Of a stretch of 64,000 bases of DNA, positions 39,530 to 48,391 are shown in pieces (position 1 is the first letter of the stretch; each line of letters opens with the position of its first letter). A model generated the notes under the pieces. That model saw only the letters and a list, made by a program, of their open reading frames with translations. It made no database searches and was not told where the DNA came from. Source of the DNA: a virus (Duplodnaviria; Caudoviricetes); the IMG/VR virus record IMGVR_UViG_3300045972_000152, positions 1,134 to 65,133 of that record; one strand, written 5' to 3'. The position numbers and the translations under genes are program-made.

Positions 39530-40399
39530 ATGACACCGGTAACCAATGGCGTGAGCCTTACAGAAAAAGCAATGCTTGTCTCCCTTTCCATTTCATCATG
39601 GCAGGGTCGGAAACTTGATAAAACCGCAACCAAAAAGGTACAGGTTGACAATGGGGCCGCCGATGGTACGGGGCGATACCACAAAAACACCGTAGCTAAG
39701 GAGGCACTAAAGGATATCGCGGCAACCATCGGGGCCGCTCGGACGTTCCACTATGCCAATACCCTGCCATGGAACGATTTAGGCCAGCGCATTTTACCAT
39801 CTGCAAACTTCCTGCCCTATACTGAGGAAATGCGGAAACTTAAAACCAACTTCGAAAACGCCGTGATGAAGTTTGTTGCGGATTACCCGCAGCACGTACA
39901 AGAGGCACGCGCCTTGCTGGGAACGATGTATAATTCTGAAGACTACCCGCAGCAAGGCCAAATCGCGGGGCGTTTCGCTTTCGAATTCTACGTTGACCCG
40001 ATACCTAACGCTGGTGACTTTCGGGTTACCCTTCAGTCGGATGAAGTGAACACCATACAGGCACAAATCACAGCAAGGGTAGAAGCGGCACAAACCGCCG
40101 CTATCGGTGACCTTTGGGACCGCCTGAAAGAGGTACTGGGAAAGGTTGAGGAAAGGCTATCAGACCCGGAGGCTATCTTTAGGGATAGCCTGATAGATAA
40201 CATGGTAGAGCTAACGGAGCTTGTACCGCGCCTGAACTTTACCAATGACCGGAAACTTTCGCGTACCGTTTCCATGATAGAAGATCGGATCAACACCCTT
40301 GACCCCTCAACCCTGAGAAACAACCTAGTTGAGAGGAAAGCGGCTGCAAAGGACGCTAAAGCTATTCTCGATATCATGGCCGGTTATTGCGGCAACTAG
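39530..40399 (+). CDS. conserved helical protein (DUF3150-like) in AAA+/VWA operon
   Basis: AMLVSLSISSW.G.K.D, TLPWND.G.RILP, IFRDSLIDN. Confidence 0.65.
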   Translation: MTPVTNGVSLTEKAMLVSLSISSWQGRKLDKTATKKVQVDNGAADGTGRYHKNTVAKEALKDIAATIGAARTFHYANTLPWNDLGQRILPSANFLPYTEEMRKLKTNFENAVMKFVADYPQHVQEARALLGTMYNSEDYPQQGQIAGRFAFEFYVDPIPNAGDFRVTLQSDEVNTIQAQITARVEAAQTAAIGDLWDRLKEVLGKVEERLSDPEAIFRDSLIDNMVELTELVPRLNFTNDRKLSRTVSMIEDRINTLDPSTLRNNLVERKAAAKDAKAILDIMAGYCGN

Positions 40400-40403
40400 G
40401 GCA

Positions 40404-40449
40404 GCTTATAGGCGGGTTTAAGGTGACAGATTAAACCCCCTGTATAACC
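40404..40449 (+). repeat. conserved intergenic hairpin, copy 3
   Basis: gcttata-ggcgg-gtttaa-ggtgacaga-ttaaac-cccc-tg-tataacc. Confidence 0.85.
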
Positions 40450-40485
40450 TTTCCTAACGTCAACCCCAACAAAGGAGCTAAAACC

Positions 40486-41700
40486 ATGGATACCACGGCA
40501 CGTCAAACAATCGTTAAGGCAAGGGCGGCATTGATCCTTGACCATCCATTTTTTGGGGCGCTTGCCTTGCGCCTGTTGCTCAAAGAGGACACTGGATGCA
40601 AAACATCATGGGTTGACGGTGTAACCCTTGGTTATAATCCGGTTTATATCAATTCCCTTCCCATGGATGAAGTAAAGGCGCTTGTCTGCCATGAGGTGTT
40701 ACACCTTGCGCTTGCCCATCATACCCGCCGCAATGATCGGGATTTTGATGAATGGAACGAGGCGTGCGATTTCCCCACCAATCAAACCGTTCATGATGTG
40801 GGTATGCCGATTGGTAAGGGTTGGCTTTTCGACCCGCTCTATAAGGATTTAAACTCTGAAACCATCTATGACAAACGGCACCGGGAAAAACAACAGGGCG
40901 GCGGCAATGGTCCCGGTAATCAGCCGGGACAACCGCAACCGGGACAACCGCAACCGGGACAACCGCAACCGGGACAGGGGAAAGGGCAAGGCACCCCGCA
41001 ACCGGTACCGGGAGAAGTTAGGGATTTACCGGGAACGGATGGACAACCGGCAACCCAGACCCAGAAAGATATATCAGCGCAGGATTGGCAAGTTGCCGCA
41101 ACTCAGGCGGCGCAACAGGCTAAAGCTTGTGGCAGGCTTCCGGGAAATATTGAGGAGCTTATCGAAAAGCTGAATGAGCCTAAAGTTAACTGGAAAGAGG
41201 CGTTACAGCGGTTTGTTGAGCAACAGGCTAAAAATGATTACAGCTTCCGTCGTATCAACCCCCGCTTTGCCGGTCGCGGGGTGTGCCTCCCCTCTCTGCA
41301 CTCTGAAGAGTTGCCCCCCATCCGGGTTGCGATTGATACCAGCGCATCGGTTAGCAAGGAGGAGTTGGAGCAATTCGCAAGTGAGATTGACGATATATTG
41401 TTTCACTATCCCACTACCGTAGAAACCATCTATTGCGATACGAGGGTTAACGGCACCGAAACCTTTAGCCGGGAGAATCGCCCTGTAAAGCTTAATGTAA
41501 AAGGCCGGGGCGGCACCCGCTTTAGTCCTGCATTTGAGCATGTGGAAAAGCTGGGAGAGGAAACCACCTGCTTGATATACCTATCTGATATGGACTGTGA
41601 TGATTTCGGTCCCGCTCCTGATTATCCGGTACTGTGGGTACAGACGATGGGAAAAGCTAAAAAGGTTCCTTTCGGTGAACTTATCAGGATGAACAAATAA
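40486..41700 (+). CDS. HEXXH metallopeptidase-like plus VWA domain protein (DUF2201-like)
   Basis: HPFFG, HEVLH..AHH.RR, IDTSAS MIDAS-like motif, GRGGT.F.P, YLSD. Confidence 0.85.
   Translation: MDTTARQTIVKARAALILDHPFFGALALRLLLKEDTGCKTSWVDGVTLGYNPVYINSLPMDEVKALVCHEVLHLALAHHTRRNDRDFDEWNEACDFPTNQTVHDVGMPIGKGWLFDPLYKDLNSETIYDKRHREKQQGGGNGPGNQPGQPQPGQPQPGQPQPGQGKGQGTPQPVPGEVRDLPGTDGQPATQTQKDISAQDWQVAATQAAQQAKACGRLPGNIEELIEKLNEPKVNWKEALQRFVEQQAKNDYSFRRINPRFAGRGVCLPSLHSEELPPIRVAIDTSASVSKEELEQFASEIDDILFHYPTTVETIYCDTRVNGTETFSRENRPVKLNVKGRGGTRFSPAFEHVEKLGEETTCLIYLSDMDCDDFGPAPDYPVLWVQTMGKAKKVPFGELIRMNK
40924..40976. repeat. 15-bp coding tandem repeat (PGQPQ)
   Basis: unit ccgggacaaccgcaa, about 3.5 copies. 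Confidence 0.9.
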
Positions 41701-41747
41701 TAACTACTACCGCGCCCCGGCGGTATATCCGGGGCAAAGGGGTTATC

Positions 41748-41942
41748 ATGAAAGCGTTAATCTGCATCCTGCTTGCCATGGCGTGCTTTTCGGCATTTCT
41801 GTTGCTCACCGGGGCGGTTTTCACCATACACGATGACCCCATGATTTCCGCTGTTCTCATCATGGGGGCAATTGGCACACTCGCCCCCAGCTTTGCCGTT
41901 TACAAGCGGCCCGTGATATACATCTATCCTAAAGGGAGGTAG
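41748..41942 (+). CDS. small 2-TM membrane protein
   Basis: two hydrophobic segments. Confidence 0.6.
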   Translation: MKALICILLAMACFSAFLLLTGAVFTIHDDPMISAVLIMGAIGTLAPSFAVYKRPVIYIYPKGR

Positions 41943-42608
41943 TATCGTGCATATCTGTACCGTAGGAATCATGCAACTTGATATTATATTTGCTTTGCTG
42001 TGTGAAGCGAATAAAGCCGGGGTTACTTTGGAGTTTTCCCCTATCCCGGCAAGAAGGAATAGTATCGGGGCAAGTTGCGCCGTAACGGCAACCGGCGCTT
42101 TTGACTGCACGCTTTCGGAGTACCGGGAGACGGCGCAAAAGATTGTCAGGGCAAGGCACTAAATCGGCCCTACAGCGGGACTTTGCCCCGTGGTGAAGGG
42201 TAGGGCAAGGGCCGGTTATACGGCACCCCTCAGAAAGGAGATATCCGCAATGAAAGAAAAGCATAATCTGGCCGCTGTAGTGGAGCAAATGGAAACGCCC
42301 ACCAATGAGCCGCCCGAGGTGACCGCAAAGGTTCACCGGCTCATGACAACCAGCAATTTCAACCTACAAGGTATCGAGTCAAAGTGTGAGGTGATCCGGG
42401 AAACTCCACTTTGTACCGGTTAGATGGTGTTTGTTAATCGTGCCTGTACTCTCGCACACATCATGCATTCCGACGACGTTAACGATGGTACCTATATCAG
42501 GATGAAGATACCCAACAAGATAAAGGGTGCTCATCCCAACTACCTGCAACGCTATTTTTACAACCGGATGGTTAGCCGTTATATCATCTAGGAAAGGGGC
42601 AAGGACAA

Positions 42609-42814
42609 TGGAAGTTAAACCTGTACCGATGTGGGCGATGGAGCAAATTCAAGCTTTTGGTTTTGTTAATCTGACCAATCGTATCATCACGAAGAAAGAC
42701 ATAAAATTTCAGGAAAAACAGGTGAGGGAAATAGAAGAATCGGCCGCAAAGGAAAATTTGGACCCGATGCAGTATATGCAAAAGTACAAAATCAGCTTGA
42801 TCCCCCATTATTGA
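42609..42814 (+). CDS. hypothetical protein
   Basis: MEVKPVP start with AAGGA SD inside ORF 42527..42814. Confidence 0.5.
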
Positions 42815-42839
42815 TAAACAATAGAAAGGAGGATATGTA

Positions 42840-43208
42840 ATGGCAAAGTATCAGGTCATCGTTGGTAATATCGGAACCGTATATGATGGCGATTCACGGG
42901 TAAAAGCTGGGGCGGAATTTGCTAACTACAAAATCGACAGCATCCGATTCATTGGGAGAGCGGCGGGAGAGGATATAATTCTAATGATGGATGGTGAGCC
43001 GTTGGAGGAATACATTGGGAGCCGCAGCACCGTTGCGATTGATGTGCCTCGTCCCATGGACCGGGAAAAGATGATAAAGTTTCTCATCGGACTTCACGGA
43101 TCAATCGAAGCGCACCATGCTACCAATCTTTGTAATTCACAATACCTGTATCAGAAGAACCCGGAACTTCTGCGGGTGATACAGTATCTCAGAAAAGAGG
43201 AGGGTTAA
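42840..43208 (+). CDS. hypothetical protein
   Basis: SD AAAGGAGG; YQVIVGNIGTVYDG. Confidence 0.65.
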   Translation: MAKYQVIVGNIGTVYDGDSRVKAGAEFANYKIDSIRFIGRAAGEDIILMMDGEPLEEYIGSRSTVAIDVPRPMDREKMIKFLIGLHGSIEAHHATNLCNSQYLYQKNPELLRVIQYLRKEEG

Positions 43209-43210
43209 AT

Positions 43211-43774
43211 ATGAGAAGAACAATCGTAGATATCAGACGGCGTATCGCTGCAATCAACGAAAAGCTTCCCAACAAGTTCAAGTTGGAATCGGGGCGCTGT
43301 GAGGGTGGTTTCATTATCGAAAGCAACCGAGGAAGCAAAACCGAGCAGTATCACCGTTCCATTAACGAAATGGATATATTTCTTGACGGTTACGACCGGG
43401 GAATTGATGCAATGGAATTCCTTAACAAGGAAAACGCAGCAGTCGCAGCGAGTAACTATTTCATCGGTTATATCTGTAGCGGTTGTGGTTTGGAGGGGAA
43501 TCTTTACGCGCACACCGACAACAACGGGAAATGCCCCGTATGCGGCGGAAAGCTGGTTGCTAAAAACCCTCTGCACAAACCTCTGTATGACCTTGTAAGG
43601 CTGTTCCTTGACGGTAGAAACTACAACACCCAAAACCCCTACACCCGCCCCGAAATCAAGGAGGCATTACAGGCACTCAAAGAGGCAACCGGTTTTTCTG
43701 GGGATTGGAGAGACGCCGCCCCCCCTCCACTAATGAAAATAAAGCTTGACAGGCTGAAGCCGACTAATCTATAA
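43211..43774 (+). CDS. hypothetical protein with Zn ribbon
   Basis: CSGC...CPVCG. Confidence 0.65.
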   Translation: MRRTIVDIRRRIAAINEKLPNKFKLESGRCEGGFIIESNRGSKTEQYHRSINEMDIFLDGYDRGIDAMEFLNKENAAVAASNYFIGYICSGCGLEGNLYAHTDNNGKCPVCGGKLVAKNPLHKPLYDLVRLFLDGRNYNTQNPYTRPEIKEALQALKEATGFSGDWRDAAPPPLMKIKLDRLKPTNL

Positions 43775-43787
43775 GGGAGGCACGGCC

Positions 43788-43862
43788 ATGATTAAAGCGA
43801 TCATTGTAACGTACATCACACTAAAAATAATACTTCTTGTTGCTAACTCTTTCAACCGATAG
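43788..43862 (+). CDS. 24-aa hydrophobic peptide
   Basis: SD AGGGAGG; MIKAIIVTYITLKIILLVANSFNR. Confidence 0.45.
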   Translation: MIKAIIVTYITLKIILLVANSFNR

Positions 43863-43926
43863 CCACGTTCAACATACAATTCAATAGTCTCCTGACCACG
43901 ATGTGATAAAAGGAGGTATCAGACAC

Positions 43927-44211
43927 ATGGCACGAACAACGCCAATCTCCCCGCGACCCGTTACAGTTACTGACTCCGAACCCCAGAAGAAAGAACGACC
44001 CTTAGTTTACTTGATATGCACGGTACACTCTATGCGTGCGCCCGACAGAACAACGGCGCAATGGTGGAATCATCTTTCCTACCTCTGGGAAAAGTACAAG
44101 ATCAGTGATGAAGCGGCGTTTGATGCAATTGCGGCGGGGCCTTCCCGTTGGAACGATATCATTAACGAAATGCATTCACCCTACAACCCCGAGAAAAAAG
44201 GAGCAGGATAA
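43927..44211 (+). CDS. hypothetical protein starting MARTTPISP
   Basis: SD AAGGAGGT; start within ORF 43903..44211. Confidence 0.65.
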   Translation: MARTTPISPRPVTVTDSEPQKKERPLVYLICTVHSMRAPDRTTAQWWNHLSYLWEKYKISDEAAFDAIAAGPSRWNDIINEMHSPYNPEKKGAG

Positions 44212-44394
44212 ATGACTAAAATTAAAGTTGGCCTTGAGAAACACATTCACCATGTCCCGCAGGTAGCTATCATTGAAATAGAATTGGAACTTGAGGCTAA
44301 GGCACCCCGCGACCTGAAGACCAAGGATATCGAAATAGCTTGCCATGATAAGCATCCCGGCTGGAGGGTTACCGGCTGGATGATATTGCACTAG
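44212..44394 (+). CDS. hypothetical protein
   Basis: SD AAGGAG; operon context. Confidence 0.55.
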   Translation: MTKIKVGLEKHIHHVPQVAIIEIELELEAKAPRDLKTKDIEIACHDKHPGWRVTGWMILH

Positions 44395-44404
44395 GGGGTT
44401 TAAG

Positions 44405-46186
44405 TTGGACAAGGACAAGCTCGCACTTATCAAATCTAGGTATACCACAAAGCCCGTGGAACAGGCACCGAGGGGGGCAAACCCCGCCCCCCTGTACTTT
44501 GACCGCCTTGCCTCTCTTGACCCTTCTGGGCGTATCCTTATGCGCTTTAAGAAGCAAAAGGTGTTGGTTGAGTGTGTCAAGAAGATCACCCGCCGCCACT
44601 TCGAAGGGGAGCGCAAGGGTTATGTGTATTGGAGCGCACCATTTACCCTTGAAGCGGTTAGATATCTTCGCACGGGTAATTTTCGCCTGACTCCTGAACT
44701 GGTGGAGAAGGAAAGTGCAGCAACCCGCCCCATTAAGCTTGACATGAATTTTACCATCACCGGCCTACAGAGAGAACTACGCCACTTCCAGTATGAAGGG
44801 GTTGCTTTTCTTGAGGCGATGTTAAAGGAACACCCCGGCGCTATCATAGGTGACGAACCGGGACTAGGAAAAACCGCACAGTTTTTGGCCTACCTGCAAC
44901 GACACCCCGAAGAACGTACAGCCGTTATCGTATGCCCCGCCACACTCAAACTCAATTGGGCAAAAGAGATTTTCCTGTGGATGATACCCACACCGGAGAA
45001 TCGCGTATATCTTCTATCCGGAATGACCCGCCGTACTTGTGAGGAAATCACCATGTATCGGGGCCGCTTAGTGATACGCGAATGCCCTATTCCTGCCAAA
45101 GGTATTTTCATTATCAACTATAACATAGTAATCGACTGGTACGAGGTGCTTTTATCCCTCAAACCGAAAATCATAGCGTTTGATGAAGCACAAGCACTGA
45201 AGAACAAAAAGACTATGCAGACTGACGTTTGCATGAAACTGGCAACAGGTAACCCGGATGATGGTTGGCGCGGAATTCCCAAGCGTATCCCCATTACCGG
45301 TACCCTGTTTGAAAACAACGTGCAGGAATTGTTTAACTCCCTTTCCATGGTGCGACCCGACCTGTTCACCTCATGGTTTAAGTTCAACGAGCGATATAAT
45401 AAGGAAATGAGGACTAAGGACAGGACACTGGAATTGCATAAGCTTATCAAGCTGGCTTGCATTCGAAGGAAAAAGCGGGACGTGTTGAAAGAGTTGCCGC
45501 CTAAGATCAAATCGGTAATTCCTCTGAATATCACCAACTCTTCAGAGTACATGCAAGCAGAGAATAACTTTCTATCGTGGATCAAAGGTACCAAGGGTCA
45601 AGAAGCCTCAGACAGAGCAATGCTAATTAAAGGGTTGGCAAGGATCAACGCCCTAAAAGAAATCGCCGTGAAAGGCAAAATAGACGCTTGTATAAAGTGG
45701 ATTGAGAACTATTTAGAGTCTGGGGAAAAGTTGGTAGTATTTGCGGAACATACTTGGATTGTTGATAAGGTATGCAAGCATTTCAAAGGCCGTGCTGTGA
45801 TGATTGACGGTAGGATAACCGGAGTCAAGCGCAACGAAGCGGTTGAACGTTTCCAGACTGACCCGAATATCGTGCTATTCATGGGACAGATTAAGGCGGC
45901 AGGTACCGGCTTGACCTTGACGGCAGCAAGCGCAACCTGTACCCTCCAACTTGTATGGAATCCGAAGGTACACGAACAGGCTGATGATAGGGTGCATCGA
46001 ATAGGACAGGAAGACAGCGTAAATAACTACTATCTAATATCCTCTGATACAATAGAAGAGGATTTAGCATACGGTCTTGATGAGAAGGATATCGAAGCAG
46101 CACTTATCATGGACGGCGAAGAAGTGGTAAGCGTCAATCTACTCTCTTCCATTATGCGCCGTATGAAGGAGAGACACGGCCTATGA
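44405..46186 (+). CDS. SNF2-family helicase/ATPase
   Basis: GDEPGLGKT, FDEAQ, ITGT, GTGLTLT, QADDRVHRIGQ. Confidence 0.92.
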   Translation: MDKDKLALIKSRYTTKPVEQAPRGANPAPLYFDRLASLDPSGRILMRFKKQKVLVECVKKITRRHFEGERKGYVYWSAPFTLEAVRYLRTGNFRLTPELVEKESAATRPIKLDMNFTITGLQRELRHFQYEGVAFLEAMLKEHPGAIIGDEPGLGKTAQFLAYLQRHPEERTAVIVCPATLKLNWAKEIFLWMIPTPENRVYLLSGMTRRTCEEITMYRGRLVIRECPIPAKGIFIINYNIVIDWYEVLLSLKPKIIAFDEAQALKNKKTMQTDVCMKLATGNPDDGWRGIPKRIPITGTLFENNVQELFNSLSMVRPDLFTSWFKFNERYNKEMRTKDRTLELHKLIKLACIRRKKRDVLKELPPKIKSVIPLNITNSSEYMQAENNFLSWIKGTKGQEASDRAMLIKGLARINALKEIAVKGKIDACIKWIENYLESGEKLVVFAEHTWIVDKVCKHFKGRAVMIDGRITGVKRNEAVERFQTDPNIVLFMGQIKAAGTGLTLTAASATCTLQLVWNPKVHEQADDRVHRIGQEDSVNNYYLISSDTIEEDLAYGLDEKDIEAALIMDGEEVVSVNLLSSIMRRMKERHGL

Positions 46187-46494
46187 AAGACAAAATACAA
46201 GACGAACAGGATATAATTCAACGCTGGCAACTTTGGATAAAAGGACAGCAACCCTTTTTATTCATTGCCGGTAGGGTATTTACCTCTTCAGCAATATCAA
46301 GTATGGCATGGATGCGTGTCTTTGAGTGGAGGGACAACGGGGCGAAATACCATGTTGATGACTTTCCTTTGCATGACGGGAAAATCTACATGCCGTCACT
46401 TATCATCCATGCGAAGCTTGATCCCTATCACCCAGACGTTCAACGGCTGTTAGCTCATGTGGTTACTGAAAGGATTGAGGAGGGTAGGATATGA
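46183..46494 (+). CDS. small protein, VTxR[LI] group
   Basis: ATGA-coupled; ends HVVTERIEEGRI. Confidence 0.65.
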   Translation: MKDKIQDEQDIIQRWQLWIKGQQPFLFIAGRVFTSSAISSMAWMRVFEWRDNGAKYHVDDFPLHDGKIYMPSLIIHAKLDPYHPDVQRLLAHVVTERIEEGRI

Positions 46495-46931
46495 AAGGCA
46501 AAGCAGCAAGGATCATTGAAAAGGTTTTTGACAAAGCGGGTTTCCTCACTGTCGGTACGCGGGAGTTTCGTCGGGTTGAGAAGGAAAGCAAGTTTAAGAT
46601 ATATGAGGTTACTAACCCGAACAAAAATAAGTACATCGGATTGTACTGTAAGTTCACACCTATTCGCTTCACGGTAGATACTCAAAAAACTGAGGACATG
46701 AAAACGTGGGGGGAGCGGTTCATTGACGACGCAAGTATTTCCGATGGTGATTTGTCGGTTCTTGTTGTTACTCATCGAATAACCGAATCCGATAAACCGA
46801 ACGAGCCTCAGTTCATAAAGTTAAAAGCAGGAGTAGAAGTTAATATCACGTTCGAAAGTAACCTCGACTCCCTACGCTTCTTGCAAACTCACAGACCCAT
46901 GGGTATAGCTAACATGGATTTAACGGTGTAG
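46491..46931 (+). CDS. small protein, VTxR[LI] group, with GIY-YIG-like fragment
   Basis: KIYEVTNPNKNKYIG; LVVTHRI. Confidence 0.65.
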   Translation: MKGKAARIIEKVFDKAGFLTVGTREFRRVEKESKFKIYEVTNPNKNKYIGLYCKFTPIRFTVDTQKTEDMKTWGERFIDDASISDGDLSVLVVTHRITESDKPNEPQFIKLKAGVEVNITFESNLDSLRFLQTHRPMGIANMDLTV

Positions 46932-46933
46932 TC

Positions 46934-47269
46934 ATGATATTCGATAGAGCCAAGTTCATTAGGAAGACTGAGCCAACGGAGCTTTCCAAACTTGTAGAGC
47001 AAGCTGATAATATTTTTGAAACCCGCTATAAGGACACCCGCCCACGGTTCGAAGTGGGGTTGAGGAAGTTCATAACAATACGTAAATTCAAAATAGGTCA
47101 TCTGAGTGTTCAGGTATTTGAGGAATTCGAAACCGGCAATGTCTTACTGGGTGAATATCATTCTGGCTCTTGGAGTTTGGAGTTTTTAGCAGACAGACAC
47201 CTAAGTAAAGAAGAGATACAGGTTTTTCTCGTTACCGAGCGATTACTGGGGGCCATTGATGCTAATTAA
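46934..47269 (+). CDS. small protein, VTxR[LI] group
   Basis: ends FLVTERLLGAIDAN. Confidence 0.65.
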   Translation: MIFDRAKFIRKTEPTELSKLVEQADNIFETRYKDTRPRFEVGLRKFITIRKFKIGHLSVQVFEEFETGNVLLGEYHSGSWSLEFLADRHLSKEEIQVFLVTERLLGAIDAN

Positions 47270-47468
47270 ATGTATGTTCTGCGGTGAAGATATACAGCCA
47301 AAGAAATATTCAATAGTTGAAATCAAGAGCGGGGCCGTGGCTGAGTTGTTAGGATTCGATATAGGTAATGCAAAGTCCATGGACGTTAGGCTACACCCTG
47401 ACTGTGCCCAAGTTGTAAAGGTTACCATCCGAATTCACAGCGAACAGATTGGCTTTACTTTATTCTAA
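47256..47468 (+). CDS. CxxC-HxxC Zn finger protein, VTxR[LI] group
   Basis: CMFC...HPDCAQVVKVTIRI. Confidence 0.6.
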   Translation: MMLIKCMFCGEDIQPKKYSIVEIKSGAVAELLGFDIGNAKSMDVRLHPDCAQVVKVTIRIHSEQIGFTLF

Positions 47469-47477
47469 GGAGTTGAT

Positions 47478-47666
47478 ATGAATTGTCCGGTATGCAGGAA
47501 AGAGGTCAAGACCACGGGACGCAAGGCTAAGGGTTATTCGCGTGTTGCTAACACCTTCTTCCCCTCAATGATGGATATACCTTGGGAAGAGTCACACCAT
47601 CTGATTCATTCCCATTGCAAGGCGGCGGTGAATGTGACCCACCGCCTGTTGGAGTCCACAAGATGA
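47478..47666 (+). CDS. CxxC-HxxC Zn finger protein, VTxR[LI] group
   Basis: CPVC...HSHCKAAVNVTHRLL; SD AAGGAG. Confidence 0.65.
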   Translation: MNCPVCRKEVKTTGRKAKGYSRVANTFFPSMMDIPWEESHHLIHSHCKAAVNVTHRLLESTR

Positions 47667-48391
47667 AATGCCCAGTATGCAAAAAGACCCTTCAGAAGCT
47701 CCAAAAACGGCCACCGTGGGCATATTCACCGGGGAACTACCGGCAACGCCAGAAAGACGAACAGGAGCGCCTAAAGCAATCCATGCTCGCCTATACAGAA
47801 GTGAGGACTGCGTATGACGATGTGCTTGGTGTACCTCATAAGGAAACTCCATATTACATGCACAACGAGTGCGCCGATGCCTACTTTGCAACGGTGCGTT
47901 TGCTTAGATCAACCGGAGAACTCAAGAGCCGCGCTGAAATACTAGCCGAACAACTGCTAGAATTTTCAAATCAAAGAGCTATCAAAATGATGAACAACGG
48001 CATTTTTGGTAAAATCGCCAACTCAAGTTTTAATAGTATCGTAAACATTGGCATGTTTCCTGAGCAACCTCCGTTAAACGATACAGTAGACGCTTTAGCT
48101 TACGTTACTTACGCCCAGAACACTCATCGGTTGCATGGAAGTAGCGGAAGTGTAATTATGATAGATGACGTTGAAACCGAATCAACCCCGGAAGACCGAG
48201 CTAAAGTTAAAAAGTGGTATGATGATGTTCTTACGAAGCGTAGGGCGCAGGTTCTTTCCACTAACCACGATTTTCTAAAAGGAACTATCGACTTCGAAAT
48301 CAAGATCGACCATGACAAGAACTGGGATACCAACAATGCAGATATTATAAAGAACATAAAGGACGCACTTGAAAAGCTAAGGGGGATGTGA
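47663..48391 (+). CDS. Zn finger plus patchwork of PolB-, terminase- and capsid-like motif fragments
   Basis: probable start ATG 47663 (ATGA overlap); CPVC...HNEC, ATVRLL, then motif look-alikes (see findings). Confidence 0.75.
   Translation: MKCPVCKKTLQKLQKRPPWAYSPGNYRQRQKDEQERLKQSMLAYTEVRTAYDDVLGVPHKETPYYMHNECADAYFATVRLLRSTGELKSRAEILAEQLLEFSNQRAIKMMNNGIFGKIANSSFNSIVNIGMFPEQPPLNDTVDALAYVTYAQNTHRLHGSSGSVIMIDDVETESTPEDRAKVKKWYDDVLTKRRAQVLSTNHDFLKGTIDFEIKIDHDKNWDTNNADIIKNIKDALEKLRGM

Noticed and set aside
37041-40449. Repeated hairpins as a CRISPR array or as sigma70 promoters
   Set aside because: Copies are over 1 kb apart with genes between them; the -35/-10-like hexamers inside are only 14 bp apart.
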